Assembly: GCA_003278165.1 (NCBI GenBank)
Contig: QCGU01000002.1
Location: 2,033 to 66,032 of the forward strand
Direction: 5' to 3'
DNA: 64,000 bases
Origin: Pelagibacteraceae bacterium AG-390-A02
GTDB lineage: Bacteria; Pseudomonadota; Alphaproteobacteria; Pelagibacterales; Pelagibacteraceae
This document shows, piece after piece, positions 1 to 11,120 of the stretch. The first letter of the stretch is position 1; each line of letters starts with the position of its first letter. The notes under the pieces were generated by a model. The model ran no database searches and was not told the origin of the DNA. It was given only the letters and a program-made list of their open reading frames with translations. A program made the translations under genes and the position numbers.

Positions 1-541
1 GCAAAAAAGAAATTTTACTAGAGTCCACTCTATTAAATTTTAAAATCCTTGCAGCTGTTATTGTAATACCTGCTCTGCTTACACCTGGTATTAAAGATAA
101 AATTTGCATTATTCCTATAAACAGAATTGATTGAATATTTAAATTTGTAGAAATTTTTTTATCAAAGCGACTTTTGTCAGAAATATATAAAACAATTGCA
201 AATATTAAAGTTGCCCATGCAATAGTTTCAATGTTTCGTAAGCTGTAAATTAACCCCGTAGTATATAAAATATATCCAAAGATTATTAATGGAATAGATC
301 CAATAATTATCAAACTAATTAATCTCTTATTTTTATTTATGTTTAATAGCTCTTCTTTGAAATAATAAACTATTGCAACAAGAGATCCTAAATGAAGACT
401 AATATCAATTAGTAATGAGCTAGATTTAAATTCATATAAACTTGAAACTAAAATTAAATGTGCAGAAGAACTTATTGGAAGAAATTCTGAGATCCCTTGA
501 ATTGCTGAAAGAATTAAAACTTCTATAATATTCTGAAACAT
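1..541 (-). CDS. uppP: Undecaprenyl-diphosphate phosphatase (runs off the left window edge)
   Basis: Not in ORF track. Manual minus-strand translation from ATG at 541: MFQNIIEVLILSAIQGISEFLPISSSAHLI, the UppP/BacA QGxxEFLPISSxxH motif; PGVSRAG motif near the window edge. Confidence 0.93.
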   Translation of the reverse strand, partial: MFQNIIEVLILSAIQGISEFLPISSSAHLILVSSLYEFKSSSLLIDISLHLGSLVAIVYYFKEELLNINKNKRLISLIIIGSIPLIIFGYILYTTGLIYSLRNIETIAWATLIFAIVLYISDKSRFDKKISTNLNIQSILFIGIMQILSLIPGVSRAGITITAARILKFNRVDSSKISFL

Positions 542-723
542 AATTTCTTCGTAGCTTATAAAGTTTATATTTCAAACAATACGATTTGATCATAGTAGCT
601 ATGCATTTATTAGAAACCTGTTTATTTATAACAAAAATAAGAGATTAAAGGTCAATAAATATGACCTATTTAATGCTTTATTAAATAAAATCATTATATA
701 ATTTGCCGAAAATTGTATTTTTT

Positions 724-2163
724 ATGACTGAAAAAATGTTAAAATTTGTAAAAATAGGTCAACAAACTCCACCTAAAAGGGAAATTGATCAAAGAAAAAA
801 GGATTTTAACGAGATATATGACGAATATATCAATGAAAAGGCTAAAGAACAATCAAGTAGATGTTCTCAGTGTGGAGTTCCATTCTGTCAGGTTCATTGT
901 CCTTTAAGTAACAATATTCCAGATTGGCTAAAGTTAACTGCGGAGGGAAGATTAAAAGAAGCATACGAGCTTTCCCAAAGCACTAACAATATGCCTGAGG
1001 TTTGTGGAAGAATATGTCCGCAAGATAGATTATGTGAGGGGAATTGTGTAATTGAACAGTCGGGTCATGGAACAGTTACAATTGGTTCTGTCGAAAAATA
1101 TATAACAGATAACGCTTGGGAACAAGGTTGGGTTAAACCAATTGAAGTTACAAATGAAAAAAATCAAAGTGTTGGAATTATAGGAGCTGGTCCTGCTGGA
1201 TTAGCGGCGGCAGAACAGTTAAGAAAAAATGGGTATAAAATTACAGTTTACGATCGTTATGATAGAGCTGGAGGATTGTTAATATATGGAATTCCAAATT
1301 TTAAATTAGAAAAAGAAATAGTTGAAAGACGAACAAAACTTTTAAAAGATGGTGGAATAGAATTCATACAAAATTTCGAAGTTGGCAAGGATGCAAGTTT
1401 AGAGCAATTAAGAAAAAAACATGATGCAGTATTAATTGCAACAGGAGTTTACAAAGCAAGAGAAGTTAATTTACCAGGTAATGATTTAGATAATATTTTT
1501 CCAGCAATGGATTTTCTTACAGCATCAAACAAGAAAGGATTGGGTGATGAGGTTGAATTATTCGACAAGGGAATTTTAAATGCAGAAGGAAAAGATGTTG
1601 TTGTAATTGGTGGAGGTGATACAGCAATGGATTGCGTAAGAACTTCAGTAAGACAAAAAGCAAAATCAGTAAAATGCTTGTACAGAAGGGATAAAGAAAA
1701 TATGCCTGGTTCAGCGAGAGAAGTTGCAAATGCTGAAGAAGAAGGTGTTGAATTTGTGTGGTTATCTAGTCCTAAAGAATTTAAAGGAACTAATAAGGTA
1801 GAAAATTTAGTTGTAGATCAAATAAAGTTAGGTGAACCAGATGAAACTGGAAGAAGAAAACCTGAAGTACAAGAGGGATCAAGCTATGAAATAAAAGCAG
1901 ATATGGTTATTAAAGCTCTTGGATTTGATCCTGAGGATTTACCTAATTTATTTGATAGCAATGAACTTCAAGTTACAAAATGGGGAACAATAAAGACTGA
2001 TTTCGATACTATGGAAACTAATCTAAGTGGTGTTTTTGCTGCTGGGGATATAGTTAGAGGAGCTTCATTAGTTGTTTGGGCAATTAAAGATGGGAGAGAC
2101 GCAGCGAATTCCATAAAAAATCATTTAGAAACAAAATCCAAAAATGAAAAAAAAGTAGCTTAA
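724..2163 (+). CDS. gltD: Glutamate synthase (NADPH) small subunit
   Basis: RCSQCGVPFC...CP Fe-S motifs, GRICPQDRLCE, GAGPAG and GGGDTAMDC dinucleotide motifs; overlaps gltB start. ATG 724 preferred over the TTG at 703. Confidence 0.96.
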   Translation: MTEKMLKFVKIGQQTPPKREIDQRKKDFNEIYDEYINEKAKEQSSRCSQCGVPFCQVHCPLSNNIPDWLKLTAEGRLKEAYELSQSTNNMPEVCGRICPQDRLCEGNCVIEQSGHGTVTIGSVEKYITDNAWEQGWVKPIEVTNEKNQSVGIIGAGPAGLAAAEQLRKNGYKITVYDRYDRAGGLLIYGIPNFKLEKEIVERRTKLLKDGGIEFIQNFEVGKDASLEQLRKKHDAVLIATGVYKAREVNLPGNDLDNIFPAMDFLTASNKKGLGDEVELFDKGILNAEGKDVVVIGGGDTAMDCVRTSVRQKAKSVKCLYRRDKENMPGSAREVANAEEEGVEFVWLSSPKEFKGTNKVENLVVDQIKLGEPDETGRRKPEVQEGSSYEIKADMVIKALGFDPEDLPNLFDSNELQVTKWGTIKTDFDTMETNLSGVFAAGDIVRGASLVVWAIKDGRDAANSIKNHLETKSKNEKKVA

Positions 2164-5100
2164 TGAAAACCTATAAAAAAAATTTTGATCTACTTAAGAA
2201 AAATAATGTCTATTCTGAGGATATGGAACATGATGCTTGTGGAGTAGGTTTAATAGCTTCAACAGAGGGGAAAAAATCTAGAAATGTGGTTGAATATGGA
2301 ATTGAAGCTTTAAAAGCGGTTTGGCATAGGGGCGCAGTAGATGCTGATGGCAAAACAGGTGATGGAGCCGGAATTCACGTAGAAATTCCAAAAGATTTTT
2401 TTATTGAGAAAATTGAGGTTACAGGACATACGCATGATAGTTCTGATATCTGCGTAGGAATGATTTTTCTTCCACGTAATGACTATGCAGCACAAGAGAG
2501 CTGTAAAACAATTGTTGAAAGCGAACTAACGAAAAATGATTTTAATATTTATGGCTGGAGACAAGTTCCTGTTAATCCAAAGGTTTTAGGTGAAAAAGCT
2601 TTTCAAACTATGCCTGAGATTATCCAGGTACTTTTTAAAGCCCATAATCAAGAACTCACACATAAAGATTTGGAGAGAAGAATTTATGAGACAAGGAGAA
2701 AAATTGAAAATGAGGCTTTCAAAAAATCATTGAATAATTTTTATATTTGTTCGTTAAGTTCAAAGTCAATTATTTACAAAGGAATGTTTTTAGCTGAAGC
2801 AATTTCAGAATTTTATCTAGATTTAAATGATGAAAGATTTGTATCAAGATACGCAATATTTCATCAGCGGTTTTCAACCAATACAGCTCCAAGCTGGAAT
2901 CTTGCTCAACCATTCAGAGCAATTGCACATAATGGAGAAATTAATACTTATAGGGGAAATAAAAATTGGATGAAAGTTCATGAACAAGAAATGAATAGTC
3001 CATTGTTTGATGATACAGAAAATCTTAAGCCAGTTATTCAACAAGGAGCTTCAGATTCTGCAGCTCTAGATAATGTTTTCGAATTATTAAATATTTCAGG
3101 TCAACCTGCACCATTGGCTAAACTAATGTTAGTTCCTGATGCATGGTCTAAGAAAAATAAGACCTTGCCAAAAGATCATCAGCAATTATTTAACTTTTTA
3201 AATAGCACAATGGAACCTTGGGATGGACCTGCTGCTATAGCTGGAACTGACAACGAGTGGGTTATTGCTGCGAATGATAGAAATGGATTAAGACCTTTAA
3301 GATATGCAATCACAAAGGATAAATTATTGTTTGCAGGCTCAGAAACCGGGATGATCGAGCTAAATGAAAAAAAAATTTTATCAAAAGGAAGATTAGGTCC
3401 TGGAGAGATTATTGGAGTAAGAATTGAAAAAGGTAAAGTATTTACTAATAAACAAATTAAGGATTACTTGGCTAAAGAGTACAAGCATTTTAATTCACAA
3501 ATTATTGATTTAGATGACAAGCTAACGATTGAGGATGAAAAAAATTCTTTTTCAGGTGATGATTTAAGAAGAAGACAATATACTTTTGGAATTAGTTTAG
3601 AGGATCTTGAATTAATTTTACACCCTATGGCTGAGGATGCAAAAGAAGCCACAGGGTCTATGGGTGACGACACCCCTTTAGCTGTGCTATCAGACAAATA
3701 TAGACCTCTGTATCATTTTTTTAGACAAAATTTTAGTCAAGTTACAAATCCACCAATAGACTCGTTGAGAGAAAATAAAGTGATGAGTCTAAAAACAAGA
3801 TTTGGAAATCTTGGCAATATTCTAGATTTTGATAATTTAACAAAACAGAATATTTATGTTCTTAATAGCCCAATCTTATCTAATTCTCAGTTTGAAAAAT
3901 TCATCAATTTTTTTGGAAACAATTCAGCAATAATTGATTGTACTTTTGCAGAAAATAATAATTTGTACGATGCTATTAAAAAAATTCAAAAAGATGCAGA
4001 AATTGCTGTTAGACAGGGTGTTACACAATTAATTCTTAGCGATAAAGATTTGTCAATTTCAAAACTTCCAATTCCGATGCTGCTTGCAGTTGGTGCAATT
4101 AACTCTTATTTAATTGAGAAAAAATTAAGAGGCTATGTGTCAATCAATGTCCAATCTGGAGAAGCATTAGATACACACTCTTTTGCAACTTTAATTGGTG
4201 TTGGAGCAACAACGGTCAATCCTTATTTGGCATTTGATAGCTTATATCAAAGATTTGAAAAAAAATTATTTGGAAAGTTTAGTTTTGAAGAATGCGTTGA
4301 AAGATACATTAAATCTGTCAATGCAGGTTTATTAAAAATTATGTCTAAGATGGGTATCTCTGTTTTAAGTTCTTACAGAGGTGGATGCAATTTCGAGACT
4401 GTTGGATTAAGTAGAACTATTGTTTCGGATTATTTTCCAGGAGTTGTGTCTAAAATTTCTGGTATTGGACTTACTGGAATTGAAAAAAAAATAAGAGCAA
4501 TTCATAAAGAAGCATTTGAAAGCACTGATACAATCCTTCCTATCGGAGGGATTTATAGATATAGAAAAAATGGAGAAACACACCAATACCAAGGGAAACT
4601 TATACATTTACTTCAAAGTGCAGTTGGTTCTAATTCTTATGACGCTTATAAAAGATATGCGGAGGGTATTTATAATTTACCACCAATAAATTTAAGGGAC
4701 TTAATTGATTTTAGAGAAAAAAAATTAAGAGGATCTATAGATATTTCAGAAGTAGAACCAATAGAAAATATTTTAAAAAGATTTGGAAGTGGAAGCATGT
4801 CTCATGGTGCTTTATCTAAAGAGGCGCACGAAACTTTGGCTACAGGTATGAATAGAATTAAAGGAGCTTCTTGTAGTGGTGAAGGTGGTGAAGATGAAAA
4901 AAGATTTAAAGTGTTAGATAATGGAGATAGCGCCAACTCAAGAGTAAAACAAATAGCCTCGGCAAGATTTGGTGTAACAGTTAATTATTTAAATAATTGT
5001 AATGAGATTGAAATAAAAATTGCACAAGGTGCAAAGCCTGGAGAAGGTGGACAACTTCCAGGCTTCAAAGTAACTGATGAAATAGCAAAGTTAAGACACT

Positions 5101-6668
5101 CAACACCTGGAGTAACACTAATTTCTCCTCCACCACACCACGATATTTATTCAATTGAAGATCTTGCACAGCTTATTTATGATTTAAAACAGATTAATCC
5201 AAAAGCAAGAGTTGGAGTAAAACTGGTTGCATCCTCAGGGGTTGGGACTATTGCTGCAGGAGTTGCTAAAGCAAAAGCAGATATAATACTAATTTCAGGA
5301 CATAATGGCGGAACTGGAGCCACACCGCAAACAAGTGTAAAATACGTAGGTATCCCTTGGGAGATGGGATTAACAGAGGCTAATCAGGTTTTAACATTAA
5401 ATAATCTTAGACACACAGTTACACTCAGAACTGATGGAGGAATTAAAACAGGTAGAGATGTTGTTATAGCAGCCATGATGGGAGCAGAAGAGTATGGAGT
5501 TGCAACAACTGCTTTAGTTGCAATGGGATGCATAATGGTAAGACAATGTCATTCAAATACATGCCCCGTTGGTGTCTGTACTCAAGATGAAAAATTAAGA
5601 GAAAAATTTACCGGAACTCCAGATAAGGTTGTTAATCTATTTACGTTTATAGCAACTGAGGTTAGAGAAATTTTAGCTAAATTAGGCTTTAAATCATTAA
5701 ATGACATTATAGGTAGAACTGACTTACTTAGACAAGTTAGTAAGGGTTCACCTAATTTAGATGATTTAGATTTAAATCCTTTGTTTGTTCAAGCAGATTC
5801 TGGAAACAATGTTAGATACTGTGAAACCCAAGAAATTAATTCCGTCCCAGATACTCTAGACCAAGAAATATGGCCTGAGATTGAAAAAGCTTTAGATAAT
5901 TCTGAAAAAATTGAAAAAGAATATTTAATTAAAAATACTCACAGAGCAGTTGGAACAAGAATTTCTCACCATTTATATAAAAAATATGGTTATGAAAAAC
6001 TTGATGATAATTTTTTAGTATTAAATTTTAAAGGGTCAGCTGGTCAATCTTTTGGAGCCTTTTCATCCAAAGGTTTGAAGTTAGTATTAAAAGGTGATGC
6101 AAACGATTATGTTGGCAAAGGTCTTTCAGGAGCTACAATTTCTATAAGACTACCAGAGGAAAGTAACTTAGTTTCGAATGAAAATACTATTTTAGGAAAT
6201 ACAGTTCTATACGGAGCAACATCTGGAAAACTTTTTGCAGCTGGTCAAGCCGGTGAAAGATTCTCTGTAAGAAATTCAGGTGCGGTTACGGTTATTGAGG
6301 GATGTGACTCTAATGGCTGTGAATATATGACTGGTGGAACTGTAGTAATTCTTGGAGATGTTGGAGATAACTTTGCTGCTGGTATGACAGGTGGTATGGC
6401 ATTTATCTATGACAAATCACAAGAATTTGAAAAAAAAGTAAACCCAGAATCAGTTGTTTGGCAGAATGTTGAAACAGATTATTGGAAAGAGAATTTAAAA
6501 AATTTAATCAAAGAGCACCATGAAGAGACAGGATCTTTGTTATCTAAAGAAATAATTGAAAATTATGATAATGAAATTAATAATTTCATTCAAGTTTGTC
6601 CTAAAGAAATGTTAGATAAACTAAAAAACCCTATCAGTTTAAAAAAAATTATAAAAGAAGTTAGTTAA
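2163..6668 (+). CDS. gltB: Glutamate synthase large subunit
   Basis: EHDACGVG N-terminal Cys, HQRFSTNT, AHNGEINT, QGAKPGEGGQLPG, CIMVRQCHSNTC 3Fe-4S motif; 1501 aa. Confidence 0.98.
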   Translation: MKTYKKNFDLLKKNNVYSEDMEHDACGVGLIASTEGKKSRNVVEYGIEALKAVWHRGAVDADGKTGDGAGIHVEIPKDFFIEKIEVTGHTHDSSDICVGMIFLPRNDYAAQESCKTIVESELTKNDFNIYGWRQVPVNPKVLGEKAFQTMPEIIQVLFKAHNQELTHKDLERRIYETRRKIENEAFKKSLNNFYICSLSSKSIIYKGMFLAEAISEFYLDLNDERFVSRYAIFHQRFSTNTAPSWNLAQPFRAIAHNGEINTYRGNKNWMKVHEQEMNSPLFDDTENLKPVIQQGASDSAALDNVFELLNISGQPAPLAKLMLVPDAWSKKNKTLPKDHQQLFNFLNSTMEPWDGPAAIAGTDNEWVIAANDRNGLRPLRYAITKDKLLFAGSETGMIELNEKKILSKGRLGPGEIIGVRIEKGKVFTNKQIKDYLAKEYKHFNSQIIDLDDKLTIEDEKNSFSGDDLRRRQYTFGISLEDLELILHPMAEDAKEATGSMGDDTPLAVLSDKYRPLYHFFRQNFSQVTNPPIDSLRENKVMSLKTRFGNLGNILDFDNLTKQNIYVLNSPILSNSQFEKFINFFGNNSAIIDCTFAENNNLYDAIKKIQKDAEIAVRQGVTQLILSDKDLSISKLPIPMLLAVGAINSYLIEKKLRGYVSINVQSGEALDTHSFATLIGVGATTVNPYLAFDSLYQRFEKKLFGKFSFEECVERYIKSVNAGLLKIMSKMGISVLSSYRGGCNFETVGLSRTIVSDYFPGVVSKISGIGLTGIEKKIRAIHKEAFESTDTILPIGGIYRYRKNGETHQYQGKLIHLLQSAVGSNSYDAYKRYAEGIYNLPPINLRDLIDFREKKLRGSIDISEVEPIENILKRFGSGSMSHGALSKEAHETLATGMNRIKGASCSGEGGEDEKRFKVLDNGDSANSRVKQIASARFGVTVNYLNNCNEIEIKIAQGAKPGEGGQLPGFKVTDEIAKLRHSTPGVTLISPPPHHDIYSIEDLAQLIYDLKQINPKARVGVKLVASSGVGTIAAGVAKAKADIILISGHNGGTGATPQTSVKYVGIPWEMGLTEANQVLTLNNLRHTVTLRTDGGIKTGRDVVIAAMMGAEEYGVATTALVAMGCIMVRQCHSNTCPVGVCTQDEKLREKFTGTPDKVVNLFTFIATEVREILAKLGFKSLNDIIGRTDLLRQVSKGSPNLDDLDLNPLFVQADSGNNVRYCETQEINSVPDTLDQEIWPEIEKALDNSEKIEKEYLIKNTHRAVGTRISHHLYKKYGYEKLDDNFLVLNFKGSAGQSFGAFSSKGLKLVLKGDANDYVGKGLSGATISIRLPEESNLVSNENTILGNTVLYGATSGKLFAAGQAGERFSVRNSGAVTVIEGCDSNGCEYMTGGTVVILGDVGDNFAAGMTGGMAFIYDKSQEFEKKVNPESVVWQNVETDYWKENLKNLIKEHHEETGSLLSKEIIENYDNEINNFIQVCPKEMLDKLKNPISLKKIIKEVS

Positions 6669-7407
6669 TTAATAATTTTAATTCTTTTAAAATTATATTG
6701 AGCCATTTCTTATTTGATAGGCTATGGTCACCTTTTTTTACAATGATTAATTTCTTTTTTGCTTTAGGAAATAGTTTTAAAACTTTTCTCGAATAACTTA
6801 CTGGTACAGCTTCGTCATATTCACCATGCACCATGGTAATATTAATTTTTGAATTTATTTTTTTATTTAAAACTCTATTTTTTCTTCCATCTTTTATAAG
6901 CTGATAAGTGATTGGATACTCATAATTCCCATGTTTTAAGTGATATATACCTTTTTGGGTTGTTTCTTGCTTTATTTTTTTGGAGAATTTTTTCCACATC
7001 AAATTTTCTAAAAACTCAGGTGCCGACCCAATACCTAAAAATCCTATAATTTGTTTTTTAAATAGTTTGAATTGTCTTAAAGCAATCCATGCACCCATAC
7101 TGGAACCAATGATATAAAAATTATTATTTTTTACGTATTTCTTTATTAATATGGAAGCCTCTTTACTCCATTTTGAAATATTTCCATTTGTAAATTTACC
7201 TGTAGATTTTCCATGACCAGAATATTCTAAAGCAAGAAAACTTATTTTATTTTTGATTGCAAACCTTAAAAAAGCCTCTGGTTTTTTTCCCTCAAGATCT
7301 GACATAAATCCATGTAAAAAAACTATGAATGGAGAATTTTTATAAATTTTACAAATATGTCTAATTTTCTTAGTCTTTGAAATTTTATAGAATCTGAAAT
7401 TTGCCAT
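6661..7407 (-). CDS. Alpha/beta hydrolase
   Basis: FLHGFMSD, GSSMG nucleophile elbow, HGEYD and GDHSLS motifs. Confidence 0.88.
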   Translation of the reverse strand: MANFRFYKISKTKKIRHICKIYKNSPFIVFLHGFMSDLEGKKPEAFLRFAIKNKISFLALEYSGHGKSTGKFTNGNISKWSKEASILIKKYVKNNNFYIIGSSMGAWIALRQFKLFKKQIIGFLGIGSAPEFLENLMWKKFSKKIKQETTQKGIYHLKHGNYEYPITYQLIKDGRKNRVLNKKINSKINITMVHGEYDEAVPVSYSRKVLKLFPKAKKKLIIVKKGDHSLSNKKWLNIILKELKLLIN

Positions 7408-7449
7408 AATCGTTTATAAGATTTGTTAATTAATATATAATCATATCAA

Positions 7450-8604
7450 ATGTCATCTAATTTAAAAGTTTTGCAAGTAATTCCAAAACTTGGCTATGGC
7501 GGAGCGGAGACAGGGTGTTATGATATTGCTCACTATTTGCCAGAAAACGGTTGTAAATCATTTATAGTTACTAGTGGTGGTGAATTACTTAAATTTGTAG
7601 ATAAAAAGAAAGTAAAAGTTTTTAGACTTCCAGTTCAAAGTAAAAATCCATTATTAATTTTAATTAATGCAATAATTTTAACTTTTATCATTTTATTTAA
7701 TAATATTTCGATAGTACACGCCAGAAGCAGAGCGCCTGCATGGTCTTGTTTAATAGCCTCCAAGATAACAAGTAGAAAGTTTGTGACTACATTTCATGGT
7801 ACTTATAATTTTAAAAATAGTTTGAAAAAATTATATAATTCAGTAATGGTTCGATCTGACTTAATTATTGCAGGGTCAAATTTTATTTTTTCACACATCA
7901 AAGAAAATTATTCAAATTATTTAAATCAAAAAAAAAAATTATTAGTAGTATTTAGAGGAATTAATGTTGATTACTTTGACCCTACCACAAAACTTGAAAC
8001 TGAAGAGAAAAAATTATTAAAACAATGGGAAATAGAAAAAGATAAAAAGATTATACTTTTGCCTGGTAGATTAACCACCTGGAAGGGACAAGAGGTATTT
8101 ATTGAAGCAATCAATCTTGTAAATATTGAATTAGGTTATGAGGCATTTTATGCTGTTATCCTTGGAAGTGATCAGGGAAGAGATTTGTATAAAAAAAAAC
8201 TAATAAGGCTTTCAGAACAATATAGGTTGACTAAACAGCTAAGATTTATCGATCACTGTAAAGATATGGCATTAGCTTACAAAGTTTCTGATATAATTGT
8301 TTCAGCTTCTATTGAACCAGAAGCTTTTGGTAGAGTTTCTGTAGAGGCCCAATCTATGGAGAAACCAATTATTGCGAGTAATATTGGTGGATCTAATGAG
8401 ACGGTCGTTGATGAAAAAACAGGCTATTTATTTAAAGCGGGTGACGCAAAGTCTTTAAGTCAGAAAATTTTAAAAACCCTGACAATTGACGAAACTCAAT
8501 TAAAATTAATTGGTAATGAGGGAAGAAAAAATATAGTTCAAAAATTTAATGTTGAAAAAATGTGCTTTTCTACTTATTCAGAGTATAAAAGATTAATAAA
8601 TTAA
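7450..8604 (+). CDS. Glycosyltransferase family 4 (GT-B) protein
   Basis: GGAE, HARSRAPAW, PGRLTTWKGQ and EAFGRVSVEA motifs. Confidence 0.9.
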   Translation: MSSNLKVLQVIPKLGYGGAETGCYDIAHYLPENGCKSFIVTSGGELLKFVDKKKVKVFRLPVQSKNPLLILINAIILTFIILFNNISIVHARSRAPAWSCLIASKITSRKFVTTFHGTYNFKNSLKKLYNSVMVRSDLIIAGSNFIFSHIKENYSNYLNQKKKLLVVFRGINVDYFDPTTKLETEEKKLLKQWEIEKDKKIILLPGRLTTWKGQEVFIEAINLVNIELGYEAFYAVILGSDQGRDLYKKKLIRLSEQYRLTKQLRFIDHCKDMALAYKVSDIIVSASIEPEAFGRVSVEAQSMEKPIIASNIGGSNETVVDEKTGYLFKAGDAKSLSQKILKTLTIDETQLKLIGNEGRKNIVQKFNVEKMCFSTYSEYKRLIN

Positions 8605-10521
8605 ATGCCTATAATTACATTACCTGATGGAAATAATATTGATTTCCCAAATAAAGTTACTGGATTAGAAGTAGCAGAAAAAATTAGCAAATCATTAGCT
8701 AAACAAGCAATGGTAATAAGTGTAGATGGTGAGTTAAAAGACTTAGAACATTTAATTGAGAAAGACTGTTCGGTAAAAATTTTTACATCTAAAAATCCTG
8801 AGGGTCTAGAAACCATTAGACATGATACTGCTCACATATTAGCAATGGCAGTGCAAGAATTGTTTCCAGGAACACAAGTTACGATTGGCCCTGTAATTGA
8901 AAACGGATTTTATTATGATTTTGCTAGAAAAGATCCGTTTACAGAAGATGATTTAACAAAGATTGAAAATAAAATGAAAGAAATTGTTGATCGAGACGAG
9001 ATTACCAAAAGGGAAGTTTGGGACAGAAATAAAGCCATAGATCATTTTAAAAAAAAAGGTGAAATCTATAAAGCTGAGTTAATCGAAGCAATACCGGAGA
9101 ATGAAGATGTTTCAATTTATTTTCATGGAGATTGGCATGATCTTTGCAGAGGACCGCATCTTTCCTCAACAGGTAAAATTGGAAAATACTTTAAATTAAT
9201 GAAAGTTTCAGGAGCTTATTGGAGAGGTGATTCAAACAATGAAATGCTTCAAAGAATTTATGGTACAAGCTGGGCTTCTCAAAAAGATTTAGATGAGCAT
9301 TTAAAAAGAATAGAAGAGGCAGAAAAAAGAGATCATAGAAAATTAGGAAAAGAAATGGACTTGTTTCATTTTAGAGAAGAAAGCCCGGGCTCAGTTTTTT
9401 GGCATGAGAGAGGATGGGCATTATTTCAAAAATTAATTAATTATATGAGAAGCAGACAAGATGCTGCTGGATATAAAGAGGTAAATACGCCTGAAATTTT
9501 AGATCGACAATTATGGGAAAAATCTGGTCATTGGGAAAAATATGGAGAGAATATGTACACATCAGAAACTCCTGATGAAAAAGTGTTTGCGATAAAACCA
9601 ATGAATTGTCCTGGTCATATACAAGTATTTAATCAGGGCTTAAAAAGTTATAGAGATCTTCCATTACGTATTACAGAATTTGGTAAGGTTCATCGTTACG
9701 AACCATCAGGTGCTTTACATGGTCTACTTAGAGTAAGAGCTTTTACACAAGATGATGCGCATATTTTCTGTGCGGAAGATCAAATTACGAGTGAGTGTTT
9801 AAATGTAACAAATTTAATTTTAGATATTTATAAAGACCTTGGTTTTGAAAATGTAATTTTAAAATATGCAGATCGACCAGAAGTTAGAGTTGGAGATGAT
9901 GAGGTTTGGGACAAGGCAGAAGCTTCACTTCTTGAAGCAGTTAAAGCCTCTAAGTTAGAATATAGTATTAATAAAGGCGAAGGTGCTTTCTACGGACCAA
10001 AAATTGAATTTGTTTTAAGAGATGCTATTGGAAGAGATTGGCAATGTGGAACTTTACAAGTTGATTTAAATTTACCTGGACGACTAGATGCATCATATGT
10101 TGATAAAGACGGAACAAAAAAAGTTCCTGTTATGCTTCATAGAGCGCTGTTTGGCTCTTTAGAAAGATTTATTGGAATATTGATTGAAAATTATGCTGGA
10201 AAATTTCCTTTTTGGATTTCACCTTTACAGACAATGGTAATTCCAATTTCAGAAGAATTTAATGATTACGCAATAGAAGTGTCTAAAAAAATTAAAGATG
10301 CAGGCATAAGTTCTGCAGTTGATATTAAAAATAATAACTTAAACTATAAAATTAGAGATCATTCTTTAGCAAAAATACCTCTTTTATTAATTTGTGGTAA
10401 AAAAGAAGTTGACTCCAATTCAGTAACGATTAGAAGGTTAGACTCTAATAAACAAGAAAATATGGAAATAGACTTATTTTTAAAAACTTTCTCTGCTTTA
10501 AACAAAGCATCATCAAACTAA
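8605..10521 (+). CDS. thrS: Threonine--tRNA ligase
   Basis: TGS domain, DLCRGPH, RDHRKLG, KPMNCPGH, HRALFGSLERF. Confidence 0.98.
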   Translation: MPIITLPDGNNIDFPNKVTGLEVAEKISKSLAKQAMVISVDGELKDLEHLIEKDCSVKIFTSKNPEGLETIRHDTAHILAMAVQELFPGTQVTIGPVIENGFYYDFARKDPFTEDDLTKIENKMKEIVDRDEITKREVWDRNKAIDHFKKKGEIYKAELIEAIPENEDVSIYFHGDWHDLCRGPHLSSTGKIGKYFKLMKVSGAYWRGDSNNEMLQRIYGTSWASQKDLDEHLKRIEEAEKRDHRKLGKEMDLFHFREESPGSVFWHERGWALFQKLINYMRSRQDAAGYKEVNTPEILDRQLWEKSGHWEKYGENMYTSETPDEKVFAIKPMNCPGHIQVFNQGLKSYRDLPLRITEFGKVHRYEPSGALHGLLRVRAFTQDDAHIFCAEDQITSECLNVTNLILDIYKDLGFENVILKYADRPEVRVGDDEVWDKAEASLLEAVKASKLEYSINKGEGAFYGPKIEFVLRDAIGRDWQCGTLQVDLNLPGRLDASYVDKDGTKKVPVMLHRALFGSLERFIGILIENYAGKFPFWISPLQTMVIPISEEFNDYAIEVSKKIKDAGISSAVDIKNNNLNYKIRDHSLAKIPLLLICGKKEVDSNSVTIRRLDSNKQENMEIDLFLKTFSALNKASSN

Positions 10522-11067
10522 GTGGCAGATTTCAAACAAAACTACTTTCAAAGAAGAACAAAGGATAGAGGCCCAAGATCTAATAACAGAATATCTTCAC
10601 CAGATGTGCAAGTTATTGCAAGCGATGGTGAAAATCTTGGAGTGATCAGCACTAATGAAGCCATATCAATGGCAAAAAACCAAGGTTTGGATTTAATTGA
10701 AATTGCACCTAATGCAAACCCACCTGTATGTAAAATTATGGATATGGGTAAGTATAAATATGATGCTCAAAAAAAAGCAAATCTTGCAAAAAAGAAACAA
10801 AAAATAATTTCATTAAAAGAAATTAAAATGAGACCTGTAACTGAAACTCACGATTATGAATTTAAGGTCAAAAATGCAAAAAAATTTATCTCTAAGGGAG
10901 ATAAAGTTAAATTTACTATCAGATTTAAAGGGCGAGAACTCCAACACTCTCATTTAGGGAATGAACTGATGGGTAAAATTAAAGAGGATATGAAGGATAT
11001 TGGTAGAGTAGAGTTGCAACCTAAATTTGATGGGAAGCAAATGATTATGGTAATTCAACCTTTATAA
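10522..11067 (+). CDS. infC: Translation initiation factor IF-3
   Basis: LDLIEIAPNANPPVCKIMD, KEIKMRP, GDKVK; non-ATG (GTG) start directly after the thrS stop. Confidence 0.96.
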   Translation: MADFKQNYFQRRTKDRGPRSNNRISSPDVQVIASDGENLGVISTNEAISMAKNQGLDLIEIAPNANPPVCKIMDMGKYKYDAQKKANLAKKKQKIISLKEIKMRPVTETHDYEFKVKNAKKFISKGDKVKFTIRFKGRELQHSHLGNELMGKIKEDMKDIGRVELQPKFDGKQMIMVIQPL

Positions 11068-11080
11068 GCCTTAATAGAGG

Positions 11081-11109
11081 TTGTAAAATTTAAACATTCT
11101 TTGTATAAG
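11081..11109 (+). promoter_or_regulatory. Putative sigma70 promoter of rpmI-rplT
   Basis: TTGTAA (11081-86), 17-nt spacer, TATAAG (11104-09), ending 11 nt before the rpmI ATG. Confidence 0.55.
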
Positions 11110-11120
11110 TCCGCAGAATT

